In this document: positions 45,901 through 54,200 of the stretch, piece after piece | Layout: each line of letters starts with the position of its first letter | Position numbering within the stretch: the first letter of the stretch is position 1 | Assembly (NCBI GenBank): GCA_964523525.1 | Contig: CAZFYO010000002.1 | Location: 133,038 to 197,037, forward strand | Length of the DNA: 64,000 bases | Origin: an uncultured Elusimicrobia bacterium | GTDB lineage: Bacteria > Elusimicrobiota > Elusimicrobia > 2-02-FULL-39-32 | Direction of reading: 5' to 3' | Program-made: the position numbers and the translations under genes | The notes under the pieces: model-generated | Databases searched by the model: none | Told to the model about the DNA's origin: nothing | Seen by the model: the letters and a program-made list of their open reading frames with translations, nothing else

Positions 45901-48900
45901 CCATCCAATCCATCAGCCATTTTTTGAGTAATCTTTTTCACAGTGTCCGGCATTCGCACGCCATTTCTAACGACTTCCCAGAATCGGTGGTCGCCGCCCA
46001 CAAAATAAAACCAAAGAACGTTCAGTCCGCGGTTAAACTGGATGAGCCGGAAAATGCTCGTTTCGCCGTCAGCGGTCCAGAGGTCTTCTTCTTCTTTTGC
46101 GATTGGAGTGTACTCGACAAATGGGGACGCGATTTTCATCAGCTCGATGGTCAGCGCTTCGCGCACGGATAAGGAGCTCAAGTCCGGCTTTCTCACAGGG
46201 TCGCTGTTATCGATCATGACCAGAATCTTGTCCAGCCCCTGCTCTGCCATCGCCCTCAAGGGCTGCGCCAGGTGCCCAATCTGCCAGGGATCTCCCTTCA
46301 TCGGCAGGAATCCGACTTTGGCCTGCCGCCCATCAGATTTTTCGATCGAAGGGGTGTTTTGATCGTTGCGGCTCAGCTTCAAGTGAACGGAATTGGGCTC
46401 GGTCACACCGTCAACGATATTCTTTTCAATTTGATCAATGACACCATTCGGCTCTAACAGCATGTCATAGATGCTCGCTATTTCAACATCGATCTCAACG
46501 TCGAACTCCTTTACAAAATCCTCAGAGGCACCAGAATCTTCCTTGTATGCTCTTGCGTAGGCCTCGGCCCATTTGCGAAGAACAATGACGTTTTCCCTAA
46601 ATTTTCTGATAGCTTCAAGGGCTGAATCGTCTTCGGATGGATAATTCAGCACCAAGCCCGACCGCCGCATACCGTCAAGTGCGAGATCAGCTCCCCGCTG
46701 GAAAAGCATGTTTCGTATTTGCAAAAGCCCCGCTTTGACCTCGGCCGTCGTCCCATTGGCGACGTAGCGGGACATTACGCTTTTATCGATCGCATTCATA
46801 TGCGCGCCGTACACTTTGGGAGTTAACGCGCGGGCTTCGGCAATGACTTTTTCCATAACAGCAGGATCGCTCAGGTTAGAGTCTTCGATTCGTTTGGCAA
46901 GATTCCCAGATGCTAAATCAATGTTGGCCTCAACCGAGCTGCCAATGGAATCAGAATCCTCCGGCAATTCCTCGTTGATCCTGGCGTCGCCGACAGTCTT
47001 GACGTGCGCATTCTTGGCGCCGCCGATCTCGGCAAAGATGATGTCCCGCCCCCACTGATACACCTGCTGGTTGATGCGGGCGCTTCCGGGGGTTTCTTCG
47101 ACTGTTTCCACGTAAATTCTGAACAGGGGTTCGGTGCCTGAAGCGCGGACGTTTACCCATCCGACGAGTTTGCCGGACGCGTCCGCGAGGCGGTAATAAT
47201 AACCGTCCATCGTTTCGGTCTTGATGACTCTCAACCCCGTGTTGCCGAGAACGGGTTGCTCTCCGCGCTCGATGGCCGCCTGAAATTCCTTTTGAGCCGC
47301 TTCGAATTTTTGCATCACCAAGCCCCGCGATCCTTGAACGCCCGCTTTGACGGCATCGACTTCGACGTCATAGCGCCCGTAATCGGGCCTGCGCGCCGCT
47401 TCATCGGCTTCCTGAAATAGGCCTTCCATGGAATTACCGGCCTGTTTCGCGCGGGCGGCGACGGTCAGGGCATAAAGCGTGCTGGCGAGTCCGTCCTTAT
47501 ATGGTAGCGCGCTTCCGAGGGCGATTCCCCCGTTTTCCTCAAAGGACAGGATGACGGTCTTGCCTTCTTCCTTGGCCCGGCGGATCTCGTTGTTTAGAAA
47601 CCGGAAACCGACCGCGGTCAGGCGGATGTTATCCTGCGGCACGCCGAAACTCGCGGCGATCGAATCCACCCAGGAGGTGGAAACGATGGAACGAACGACC
47701 ACGTATTTGGCGGGATCGAAATCGTCGCCCAGTCTTTCTTTTTCCGATTTCAAAAATCCGTAAACCTGAACGCTGGCGAGATCGTTGCCGCTGTAGAGGC
47801 GGACCGAGCCGTCCGCCTTCGGCGCCATGAGCCCCGAGCGGTCGAAATCTCCGTCGCCTGTAACCCCGGCGTCGCGCTTTTCCGAGCGAATCTGCTGCAT
47901 GGTTTTTTCCATGTTGGCCGCGGTGATTTCGCTGTTATTGCGCCCGCCAAACTCGGGATCCGCCTGGCCGTTGATGATCGTCACGTTCTGCCCGATGCCC
48001 AGGCGGTCGATGATTTCCTGCGCGACTCCGCCCACCACGCCATTCTGACCGTCGAATAGCGCGTTGATGCCGGAAGCGCGAATATCGTCCGGATTGACGC
48101 CGATGACGTTGATCAAATAGTCCACGTATTTTTCGATCGAGGGTTCTATAACTTCAACGAGTGGATGATTATCAAGGTCAAAATCCGAGCGGAGCATTTT
48201 GACGCGGCGGATTCCTTTTAGATGATCGACGATGGGGTTACTGACCGGGCTGTCGGCAAGACCACCTGTTCGGCCGTCAAAAAACTCAACGCCGCCGTCC
48301 GCCGCTGGATTGTGGCTGGCCGTAAAATTGACCATCATGGCGGACTTGGCGCCTTCATGCGGCCACATTTCGTAAAGGTTGAGAGGGGTGGACGCCGCGC
48401 GGCTCAGCAATTTCACCTTGATGCCGTTGGCGGCGAAAATGCGGGCCGCCATTTCCGCGTAGGCCTTTTCCGAAAGATCTTCGCCGGTTGCAGGGTGATT
48501 TCCCTGATGGCGGTGGTCGTAGCCGATCACGATCGTGGGTCTGCCGCGCCAGTCCGTTAGACCCGCTTCTCGGAAAGAAGAGCGGTTCTGGTTCATGTAG
48601 TCCGCAGCGCTCTGCATCAGGACGCGAATACGATCGGGAGAGAAAGTTCCGTTCGGATTTTTTTCGGATGGGAACCGCGCGCGCCAGCCGGCAGTGCCGA
48701 AGCGGATTTCGTCACGCTGTGCCCGTGTAATCTTGACAGGAACGCTTTCGATGCTGCCGTCGCCGGTCACCCCGGCCGCCATGGGCAAGCCCATCGCGCC
48801 GAAGACGGAAAGGTCATTATTGCCGGTCAGGAAGAAAATGACGGCGCCCAAAGTCGCGGAGATGAATGCCATGATGAAAAGCGGTTGTAAAGGAGGAAGA

Positions 48901-51203
48901 GTGGTGAGGGACTTGCGAAAGCCGGACGCTCCCTGAATCCAGCCGCGCACCTTCGCGGCGGCGCCGAATATCTGGCGGCGGACTTTGGCGACGGTGATGA
49001 TGATCACGGGGTGATTTTTGGTGCCGGCGCGGAACGCGAGGGGACCGGCATCGGCGAGATCGGACGGAACTTCGCTGCCCAAAAAGACGGTGCGGTCGCC
49101 CTGGCCTTCGATCGAAACTGCATACGTTCCGGCACCCAGAGCGGTGACATCCGCTTCGGCTCCCGCGATCTGCGTGGCGTTGGCCTTGCCGGCTTCAACG
49201 TCGTTCGCTTCGGCGCCCAAGGCGGCGGCGAGCGGAGCGGCAGCGCCGGTCATGAGGTTCCGCGGGTTGACGACTCCCGGATACTGACGGGCAGCGGTGG
49301 CGCTGGGCGGCATCAGGAACAGGCGTTCGCCGAGCAGCATTTTTTCCAGCGGCGTGCGGTTCGGAGAAAAAACGTGGAGGTAATCGGTGCCGGAGCCCGA
49401 AACTTTGCCGATGCGCGGGCGGAACACCGCGTAGGAGTAACCGCGGGCAGACATTTCCTCTTCGAGGCCGGGCGTGTGGAACCCGCCGGCGATCAGGACG
49501 GCGAACCCGCCGGACTGCTCTTTGATCTTCGCCGAGAGGTTGTCGGTGAGCGCGACGTTGCGGGCGTGCGACGCGGCGTAAAACGCTTCATGCGCGGACA
49601 AAAGTTGCGCGAAGGAACCGGATCCGGCGGCTAGCGCACCCGATACGGGAGCAGCCGAAGCGCTTTGGGCGCCGTCATTGCCGGACCGGGCGAAGTTCAG
49701 GACGCGGCCCGCGTTTTTGACGGGCTGTTCCACGGCGAGGGCGGCGACGCTCTTGCCGCTGGTCTTCACGATCTCCGAAAGCAGGCGGATGTTTTCCGGC
49801 AGGCGGACGATGCCCGCTTTGCGCGATTGGTAGGACTTCCAATCTTCGGGCGAAAGCTCCTGGCGCGTCATCTTCCCCGCGAGGCGGAGGTCCGACGCGT
49901 AATCAAAAACGTTCTTCTGCTCGGGCGTCTTCGCGAGGCGGCGGATCACCGCGCTTTCGATGCTTTCGAGATTGTCGAGCAGGGAATTGAAATCGATCCG
50001 CTCGGACATGAGCACGTACTGCACGTAGGCGTTGAAGCTTTTATACTGTTTCAAATCAATTTTGGCGTTCAAGAGCATGGCCTGGAGCGAGCGGTAATAG
50101 TCCGCGTAGCCGATCCGGCCGAGGCGGTAGGACACGCTCATCTGCAGGAGCTGGTTCAAGTCGGCGGGTTTTAGTTTTTTGGTGAGCGCGCCGATCAGCT
50201 CGTTGCGTTGTGATTCGACCGACTTGAAATCGAGGTCTTTTTCGACGCGGGCGAGCGACAGGTACTTGTCGAGCTCGGGGTAACGGCCGGAGTTCAGCTC
50301 GGGCGACCCCTCAAAAAAACGGATGTATTCCGCGAGGGTGATCTCGCGCTTATCAAATTTTCCTTCCAGGGTATCGAGCTTCGCGAGTTCGGGCGTCAGG
50401 ATGCGGCTCTTGACGGCCGCGAGGTCCGCGCTCATCGCCTCAATCATCGGCCCGGTTTTCTCGCGGGCTTCAAGGCCGTTGCGGTAGGCGGCGACGTTAT
50501 CAAGGTAGAGCTTTTCGTCTTCCACGCCCCAAAGCAGGGGTTCGCGCTCGGCCATCAGGCCGAAATATTCCGCGCCGTTGATGAGCGACTTTTGGATCAG
50601 CACTTCCCAGATTTCTTTCTGGATTTTGGGGTTTTTGAGCTGACGGTACTGGTTGATGTCGAACGCGCCGCTCGACCCTTCGAGGCCGACCAGGAGCCGG
50701 CGTCCGAGTTTGGTCTGGAGGTGCGAAAGCGTCTGCGCGATGTTTCTCTGCGCGGCTTCGACCTGGTGCGCGTCCTGGATCAGCAGGATAAAGGGAGCCG
50801 ACGGGTTCTTGGCCTGGTGCGCCTTGATCACCTCGCCGTAAGAATAAGGAACCGCGAGCAGGGGCTCGGGCAGGTTCCCCGCGTTGACGGCAGCGCGGAC
50901 GGAAGCGCCGGCCGATTTTCCCGGCAGGCCGCTTTGCTTGAGCGGCAGGGACATCGCCGGCTTCGCGCTTTCGGGCAGGAGGTTATCCATGCCGGCGGAA
51001 AAATTCTCCTGGATGTACCCCGCCGCCGAAGCGAGCTGGGTATGGGTTTCGGAGGCGCGGGTCTCCCCGCTGTTCCGAGCGGCCTTGCGCTGTTCCCACA
51101 GATTGGCTTCCGCCACGGGGACGGCAACCGACGTGTACAGCAGGGCCAGCGCGAGCGCCGACGCCGCAAATTTTTTGATGTGTTCCGCGATGATTTTAAG
51201 CAT
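42912..51203 (-). CDS. giant multidomain membrane protein 3 (about 2763 aa from the RBS-supported start). It has a signal anchor, a paralogous N-terminal domain, a complete phosphoglucomutase domain and two tandem HIGH-type nucleotidyltransferase units
   Basis: ORF track 42912..51257. The ATG at 51203 (MLKIIAEHIKK…) is preceded by GAGGGAG 7 nt upstream and lies 17 nt past the TAA of giant gene 4, so it is the likely start. Confidence 0.85.
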   Translation of the reverse strand: MLKIIAEHIKKFAASALALALLYTSVAVPVAEANLWEQRKAARNSGETRASETHTQLASAAGYIQENFSAGMDNLLPESAKPAMSLPLKQSGLPGKSAGASVRAAVNAGNLPEPLLAVPYSYGEVIKAHQAKNPSAPFILLIQDAHQVEAAQRNIAQTLSHLQTKLGRRLLVGLEGSSGAFDINQYRQLKNPKIQKEIWEVLIQKSLINGAEYFGLMAEREPLLWGVEDEKLYLDNVAAYRNGLEAREKTGPMIEAMSADLAAVKSRILTPELAKLDTLEGKFDKREITLAEYIRFFEGSPELNSGRYPELDKYLSLARVEKDLDFKSVESQRNELIGALTKKLKPADLNQLLQMSVSYRLGRIGYADYYRSLQAMLLNAKIDLKQYKSFNAYVQYVLMSERIDFNSLLDNLESIESAVIRRLAKTPEQKNVFDYASDLRLAGKMTRQELSPEDWKSYQSRKAGIVRLPENIRLLSEIVKTSGKSVAALAVEQPVKNAGRVLNFARSGNDGAQSASAAPVSGALAAGSGSFAQLLSAHEAFYAASHARNVALTDNLSAKIKEQSGGFAVLIAGGFHTPGLEEEMSARGYSYAVFRPRIGKVSGSGTDYLHVFSPNRTPLEKMLLGERLFLMPPSATAARQYPGVVNPRNLMTGAAAPLAAALGAEANDVEAGKANATQIAGAEADVTALGAGTYAVSIEGQGDRTVFLGSEVPSDLADAGPLAFRAGTKNHPVIIITVAKVRRQIFGAAAKVRGWIQGASGFRKSLTTLPPLQPLFIMAFISATLGAVIFFLTGNNDLSVFGAMGLPMAAGVTGDGSIESVPVKITRAQRDEIRFGTAGWRARFPSEKNPNGTFSPDRIRVLMQSAADYMNQNRSSFREAGLTDWRGRPTIVIGYDHRHQGNHPATGEDLSEKAYAEMAARIFAANGIKVKLLSRAASTPLNLYEMWPHEGAKSAMMVNFTASHNPAADGGVEFFDGRTGGLADSPVSNPIVDHLKGIRRVKMLRSDFDLDNHPLVEVIEPSIEKYVDYLINVIGVNPDDIRASGINALFDGQNGVVGGVAQEIIDRLGIGQNVTIINGQADPEFGGRNNSEITAANMEKTMQQIRSEKRDAGVTGDGDFDRSGLMAPKADGSVRLYSGNDLASVQVYGFLKSEKERLGDDFDPAKYVVVRSIVSTSWVDSIAASFGVPQDNIRLTAVGFRFLNNEIRRAKEEGKTVILSFEENGGIALGSALPYKDGLASTLYALTVAARAKQAGNSMEGLFQEADEAARRPDYGRYDVEVDAVKAGVQGSRGLVMQKFEAAQKEFQAAIERGEQPVLGNTGLRVIKTETMDGYYYRLADASGKLVGWVNVRASGTEPLFRIYVETVEETPGSARINQQVYQWGRDIIFAEIGGAKNAHVKTVGDARINEELPEDSDSIGSSVEANIDLASGNLAKRIEDSNLSDPAVMEKVIAEARALTPKVYGAHMNAIDKSVMSRYVANGTTAEVKAGLLQIRNMLFQRGADLALDGMRRSGLVLNYPSEDDSALEAIRKFRENVIVLRKWAEAYARAYKEDSGASEDFVKEFDVEIDVEIASIYDMLLEPNGVIDQIEKNIVDGVTEPNSVHLKLSRNDQNTPSIEKSDGRQAKVGFLPMKGDPWQIGHLAQPLRAMAEQGLDKILVMIDNSDPVRKPDLSSLSVREALTIELMKIASPFVEYTPIAKEEEDLWTADGETSIFRLIQFNRGLNVLWFYFVGGDHRFWEVVRNGVRMPDTVKKITQKMADGLDGYGREGREGEPMGIIFLERTGDEFKQSLTHEDRERAEAGGKIELTLQELRNRSGISEIYNIKPKGVNITSATRVRKQRHWWTVPAPIYFMAQNIQFWDIGAAKRVAAVDPFVNDLADRISSENLADTDVVQSLSRDLRNLSPDMYGPQMNAVDRSLMRRYFDSGSVSAVRAGLLEIRNMLFQRGAELAREGMRRANVMTRRPEEPDDALAAVARVRENLLRSREWALAYAEKYVAANPVPDAESNIWEYDRIVREIENEIYGPLLAAVDKIEANVKSGETDPNAVKIKLSRGDETGASIKTQGGRPGRIGFYPMKGDPWQMGHIALMSIAEHKLDKVVVMIDNSDPTRKPGLSTLSIREAVTLELLKAFEPFIEYSPIAKEEDDLRDADGETSIFRLMSFNRGVNVEWSYMVGSDHRYWEVTKNGNIQPDTTKKLKDKMESKLDGYDGESMGVIFIERAGEEFKPGELQALRDRSGISNIVNVRQMMDTSSTRVRKNAHWWTVPYFVYYMGQSLKFWDIHAAVEVDESSLSWNQDENDGTRPGVLSRLGDILPIVVLALPFVAITALIMQYLGFGGSGTDVSASLGTEQGYLVGGFVGAVGFRDALYQGLGRLRNFVTGRSPVQPELTDLPSVTGILDDLISSGMDRSTAEPLSRHIMNYGLLSLVSGMSVGLEGETQSVVTDKDIQIAIRVVTQGNVALVSPQDAERAAVAVRALQSIISERRERLRQDRSETGFFADSVSFAMTAGTFGSGNPDASRRVAEILIASHEREASVSGVKIGKDWPRAFMAVAAMAGKLLPHALGKDSDFANRIIIARGRRIYSEGYLESVGLEIGDGSLKRTGQMIVDIKGNSAGALAELKQVLRQKISDQRNLGVLSPGLDNLLLALNEGRVRVIHTNDKVLKQVVGGKQVMDLNYGRLYVKGFLEVMQISGRPLILNQGQRVMTDDPSMIDLTGMDLDQIMFVLWYSLSAVFKIKASDALLEDIKANSVILRQA
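44327..46895 (-). repeat. intragenic tandem duplication in giant gene 3: two ~1.3-kb units, each a helical region plus a HIGH-superfamily (NadD/NMNAT-like) nucleotidyltransferase domain
   Basis: Unit 1 runs about 45572-46895 and unit 2 about 44327-45545. They share roughly 65% aa identity. The GFLPMKGDPWQIGHL… and GFYPMKGDPWQMGHI… segments each carry a HxGH-like motif, followed by ITSATRVRK and DTSSTRVRK (SxTxxR). The duplication also shows as near-identical antisense ORFs at 44722-44970 and 46042-46362. Confidence 0.7.
47102..48725 (-). other. alpha-D-phosphohexomutase (phosphoglucomutase/phosphomannomutase) domain inside giant protein 3
   Basis: All four diagnostic motifs are present in order: FGTAGWRA, the active-site Ser loop TASHNP, the Mg loop GDGDFDRSG, and the phosphate-binding RASGTEP. 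Confidence 0.85.
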
Positions 51204-51216
51204 GGTATTCTCCCTC
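51204..51216 (-). promoter_or_regulatory. Shine-Dalgarno sequence (GAGGGAG) for giant gene 3, in the 17-nt spacer after the gene 4 stop
   Basis: The minus-strand sequence is GAGGGAGAATACC followed by the ATG at 51203, which implies translational coupling. Confidence 0.6.
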
Positions 51217-51220
51217 GATA

Positions 51221-54200
51221 TTACGCCTGTTTCAATATCATTTGGACTTCCGTCCAAAGTCTGTCAAAATCTTTCGGCTTGACCTGACGCGCGGGAAGCA
51301 CGAGAGCGCCGTCATTCCCCCGGGACGCGCCCGGTTCGACTTCCACTCCGCCCGCGTCGATGATCAGGGCGCGGATCTGCTCCGCCTCGCGGCCGTAGGC
51401 CCTGAACTCCACGCCCACGTTCACGAGCTGCTGGTACTTGAACGAGGTCAGGGTGATGTTCGTGCCTTCGATATTCAAATTGAGCGACTGAATGTCCTCC
51501 GGAGTGCCGATGACCTGAATGTCAGAGGTTTTCATCCCGCTGATTATTTCGTCGGCGCTGGTCAGGGCGAGGTCCTGAAGGATTTCGCTGCCCAGCGCCT
51601 GAAGTTTGAGCGCCGCCGCAAGCTGTTTGCGCGTCGCATCCTTGTCGGAAATCTGGAGCGCGGGGTCGTCGCTGTTGTAGACCACGCGGAAGTTCGCCGC
51701 GTTCTCGGGGTTGGCGCGGATCTGTGTGAGGACGCCCTCGACGATCAGCCGGTCGGGGCTGTTCTTGTCGGCCAGAGGGCTCGTGATGACCAATATGGTT
51801 CCCTTGCGGGAATCCGTTGTCGTGCGGTCGCCCAGCAACATCGTGCCGATCTCATGGGAGCTGGGCAGGTTCGATTCCACGAACGTCGTCTTGCCGAGGA
51901 GCCCGCCGAGCGCGCTGAGGTCAAATCGGTTCGAGATGAACGGCGCCGCGCGGACGAGCCGGTTCGCGTTGGCCGCGGCTGCCGTGAGGATCACGGCCGA
52001 AACCACGAGGACGACGGACTGCCAATGCGCGACCCCCGCCAGGAGGCCGATGGAATCCCACGGCATGCTGCGGATACGGTCGAGCTGGCTCGTGTAGGCG
52101 CCCATGGCCGCGACGTGCGCGATGGAGCCCGCGGGAGCGATCAGACCCCCGACTATTTTTTCCGGAACGCTGATGACGACGGAGCCGCCGAACTTCCAGG
52201 CCGCCAGGCCCGCCGTCCCGATGAACGCGCCCGCGATCGGGAGCGCCGCGATCACTCTGCCGCTCCGCGACGATGCCGTCACGCGCACTTTCACGTTGCC
52301 CGCGCGCTCGCGGATATACGCCGCCGATTCGCTCAAAAGCTGTTTGTACACCTGGCCCTTCTGGTCGGCCGCCATGTCCCGCGTGACCGGGGACTGCATT
52401 GCATCGCTGAGATCGGCGATGGGCCCCGAGTTGCGGGCGACCAGCATCGCCGTGCGTTCCGCCAGGTTGTCCGAAAGGAACGTCCGGCTTTCCTCCCTGA
52501 TCCGCCCCAGCGAGTTCGAAATCCTCGTTCCAATACCCCTGAACCCTGCGCTCAAGCCCGATGGAATCGCGCCAAACCGTTCGCGGCTGATATTCGCCCG
52601 GTTCAGCCCGGCCTGGACCGCGTTCGGAATCCCCGCCATCCGCGCCCTCTGCGCTTCGATGACGCCGCCGACTCGTCCGGTCACAGAACGCCACGCGTTT
52701 TTACCGACAACGGTCATTTCCATGTTTTCATCAAGCTGAACGCTTGCGACGCCCAGACCTGCCAGCACGGTATTCTTCACCTGAGTGCGATCGCCGATCT
52801 CATTCCCATCGGCATCCTGAGTGGTATAACTCACTTGCCGAACAAGCTGACGATATCTCTCCATCGTCATATTCCGCAAAACGGTTTTGGGATACAGCAG
52901 CAGGCCGAAGAACGAATGCGGGCTGAAATAATTACCATCCAAATACAGGTCCTCGGCGTTCCAGGTCTCTAGCGCGCTGGGGTTGCGCCATATGAAAATG
53001 ACTCTTCCGGCGGAGAAGTACGCGTGATAAGGGATCCTGCTATCCATCAGAAGTCCCGCCAGCCGGAATGTCATGTCCGCCAGGGCCGCGTCGTCATTAC
53101 TTTCCAGAACCGTGCTAACTCCGGGCAACCCTTCGACATTTTCGATCTCGCCCACGGTGACGCCGGAAACCTCACCCAACTGTTTGACCTTCATCCCCCG
53201 TTCCATCGGGAATTGGCCCCAATATAAGTGGTCGTGGAGCCGATGCAGAGCGCCTATACCGAGACTATTGATATATCCCTTGATGCCGCTCGCGCGATGG
53301 AATGAGATCAAATCGAATACGGCGTCACGAACGTCCTGCGCTTTATCAGTATCCCGGCTCGACAAAACCAGATTGACGTCATTTTCCGGGAAAAGCAGGG
53401 TGTCGTATGGCATCGAGGGTCTTCCGTCCGCGACCAGGCGGTAAGAACGCCCGTTGATCGCGACCGGCGGATCCACGCCTAAAGCGTGCTGATCTACCCA
53501 GCCTGCTTCAAGACTGAAGATATTGTCATCCGCCGGAGGGTTGGGATCAATCGCCTGCGCGACATCCGGCGCGACTGCTCCCTCTCCGTGACGCGGCGCG
53601 ATTTCATACGCCCTTCCCGCCACACGCCGGTTGGGACCGTCCAGATATCGCTGAGTTGTGGGCGCCGAAGGGGCGGTAATGCGGCTCAACTCACCCATTT
53701 TTATGCTCCACGAGGCACGAATAAGATCACCTGTAAGGGATAACTGTTGCTGGCCAGATGAGATCCTGCTTAATGCCCGCAAAGTATCTAATGACTTAGT
53801 CAAAGCATCGATCGCAATGGTATACCTTTCAATATTTGGGTTATAAAACGGATTCGGAGCCTCCCAAACCTCGTAATATTCATTATCAATCTGTCTGACC
53901 ACGTGAGCATATTGCTCAGCTTTCATGTAATCGTAGTGCAGTTGGCCAGAGTAAAGCGGCTCGCTGGAGCCATCACCGATCCTGGCAAGTTCAGACTGAT
54001 ATTTATTCAGGAGCAGTTCAAGTTTGGGAATTGCTTCGACATGACCAGCGTCCGCAGATGCACGAGCGAACTCAATATCTTTTAAATACTGCGGGCTTTT
54101 ATTCTGGAGCTCATTAATGTCCGAGTCAGGGATCCGACTGCGAGCAATCTTGATCCCGCCAATAGCGGCGATCAACGCTGGAATCACTAAAGCGGCGCCT

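Noticed and set aside
42912-51257. Giant gene 3 start at 51257, which would overlap gene 4 by 37 nt
   Set aside because: The Met at 51203 has a strong GAGGGAG RBS and begins the signal-anchor sequence. The upstream 18 codons are probably untranslated.
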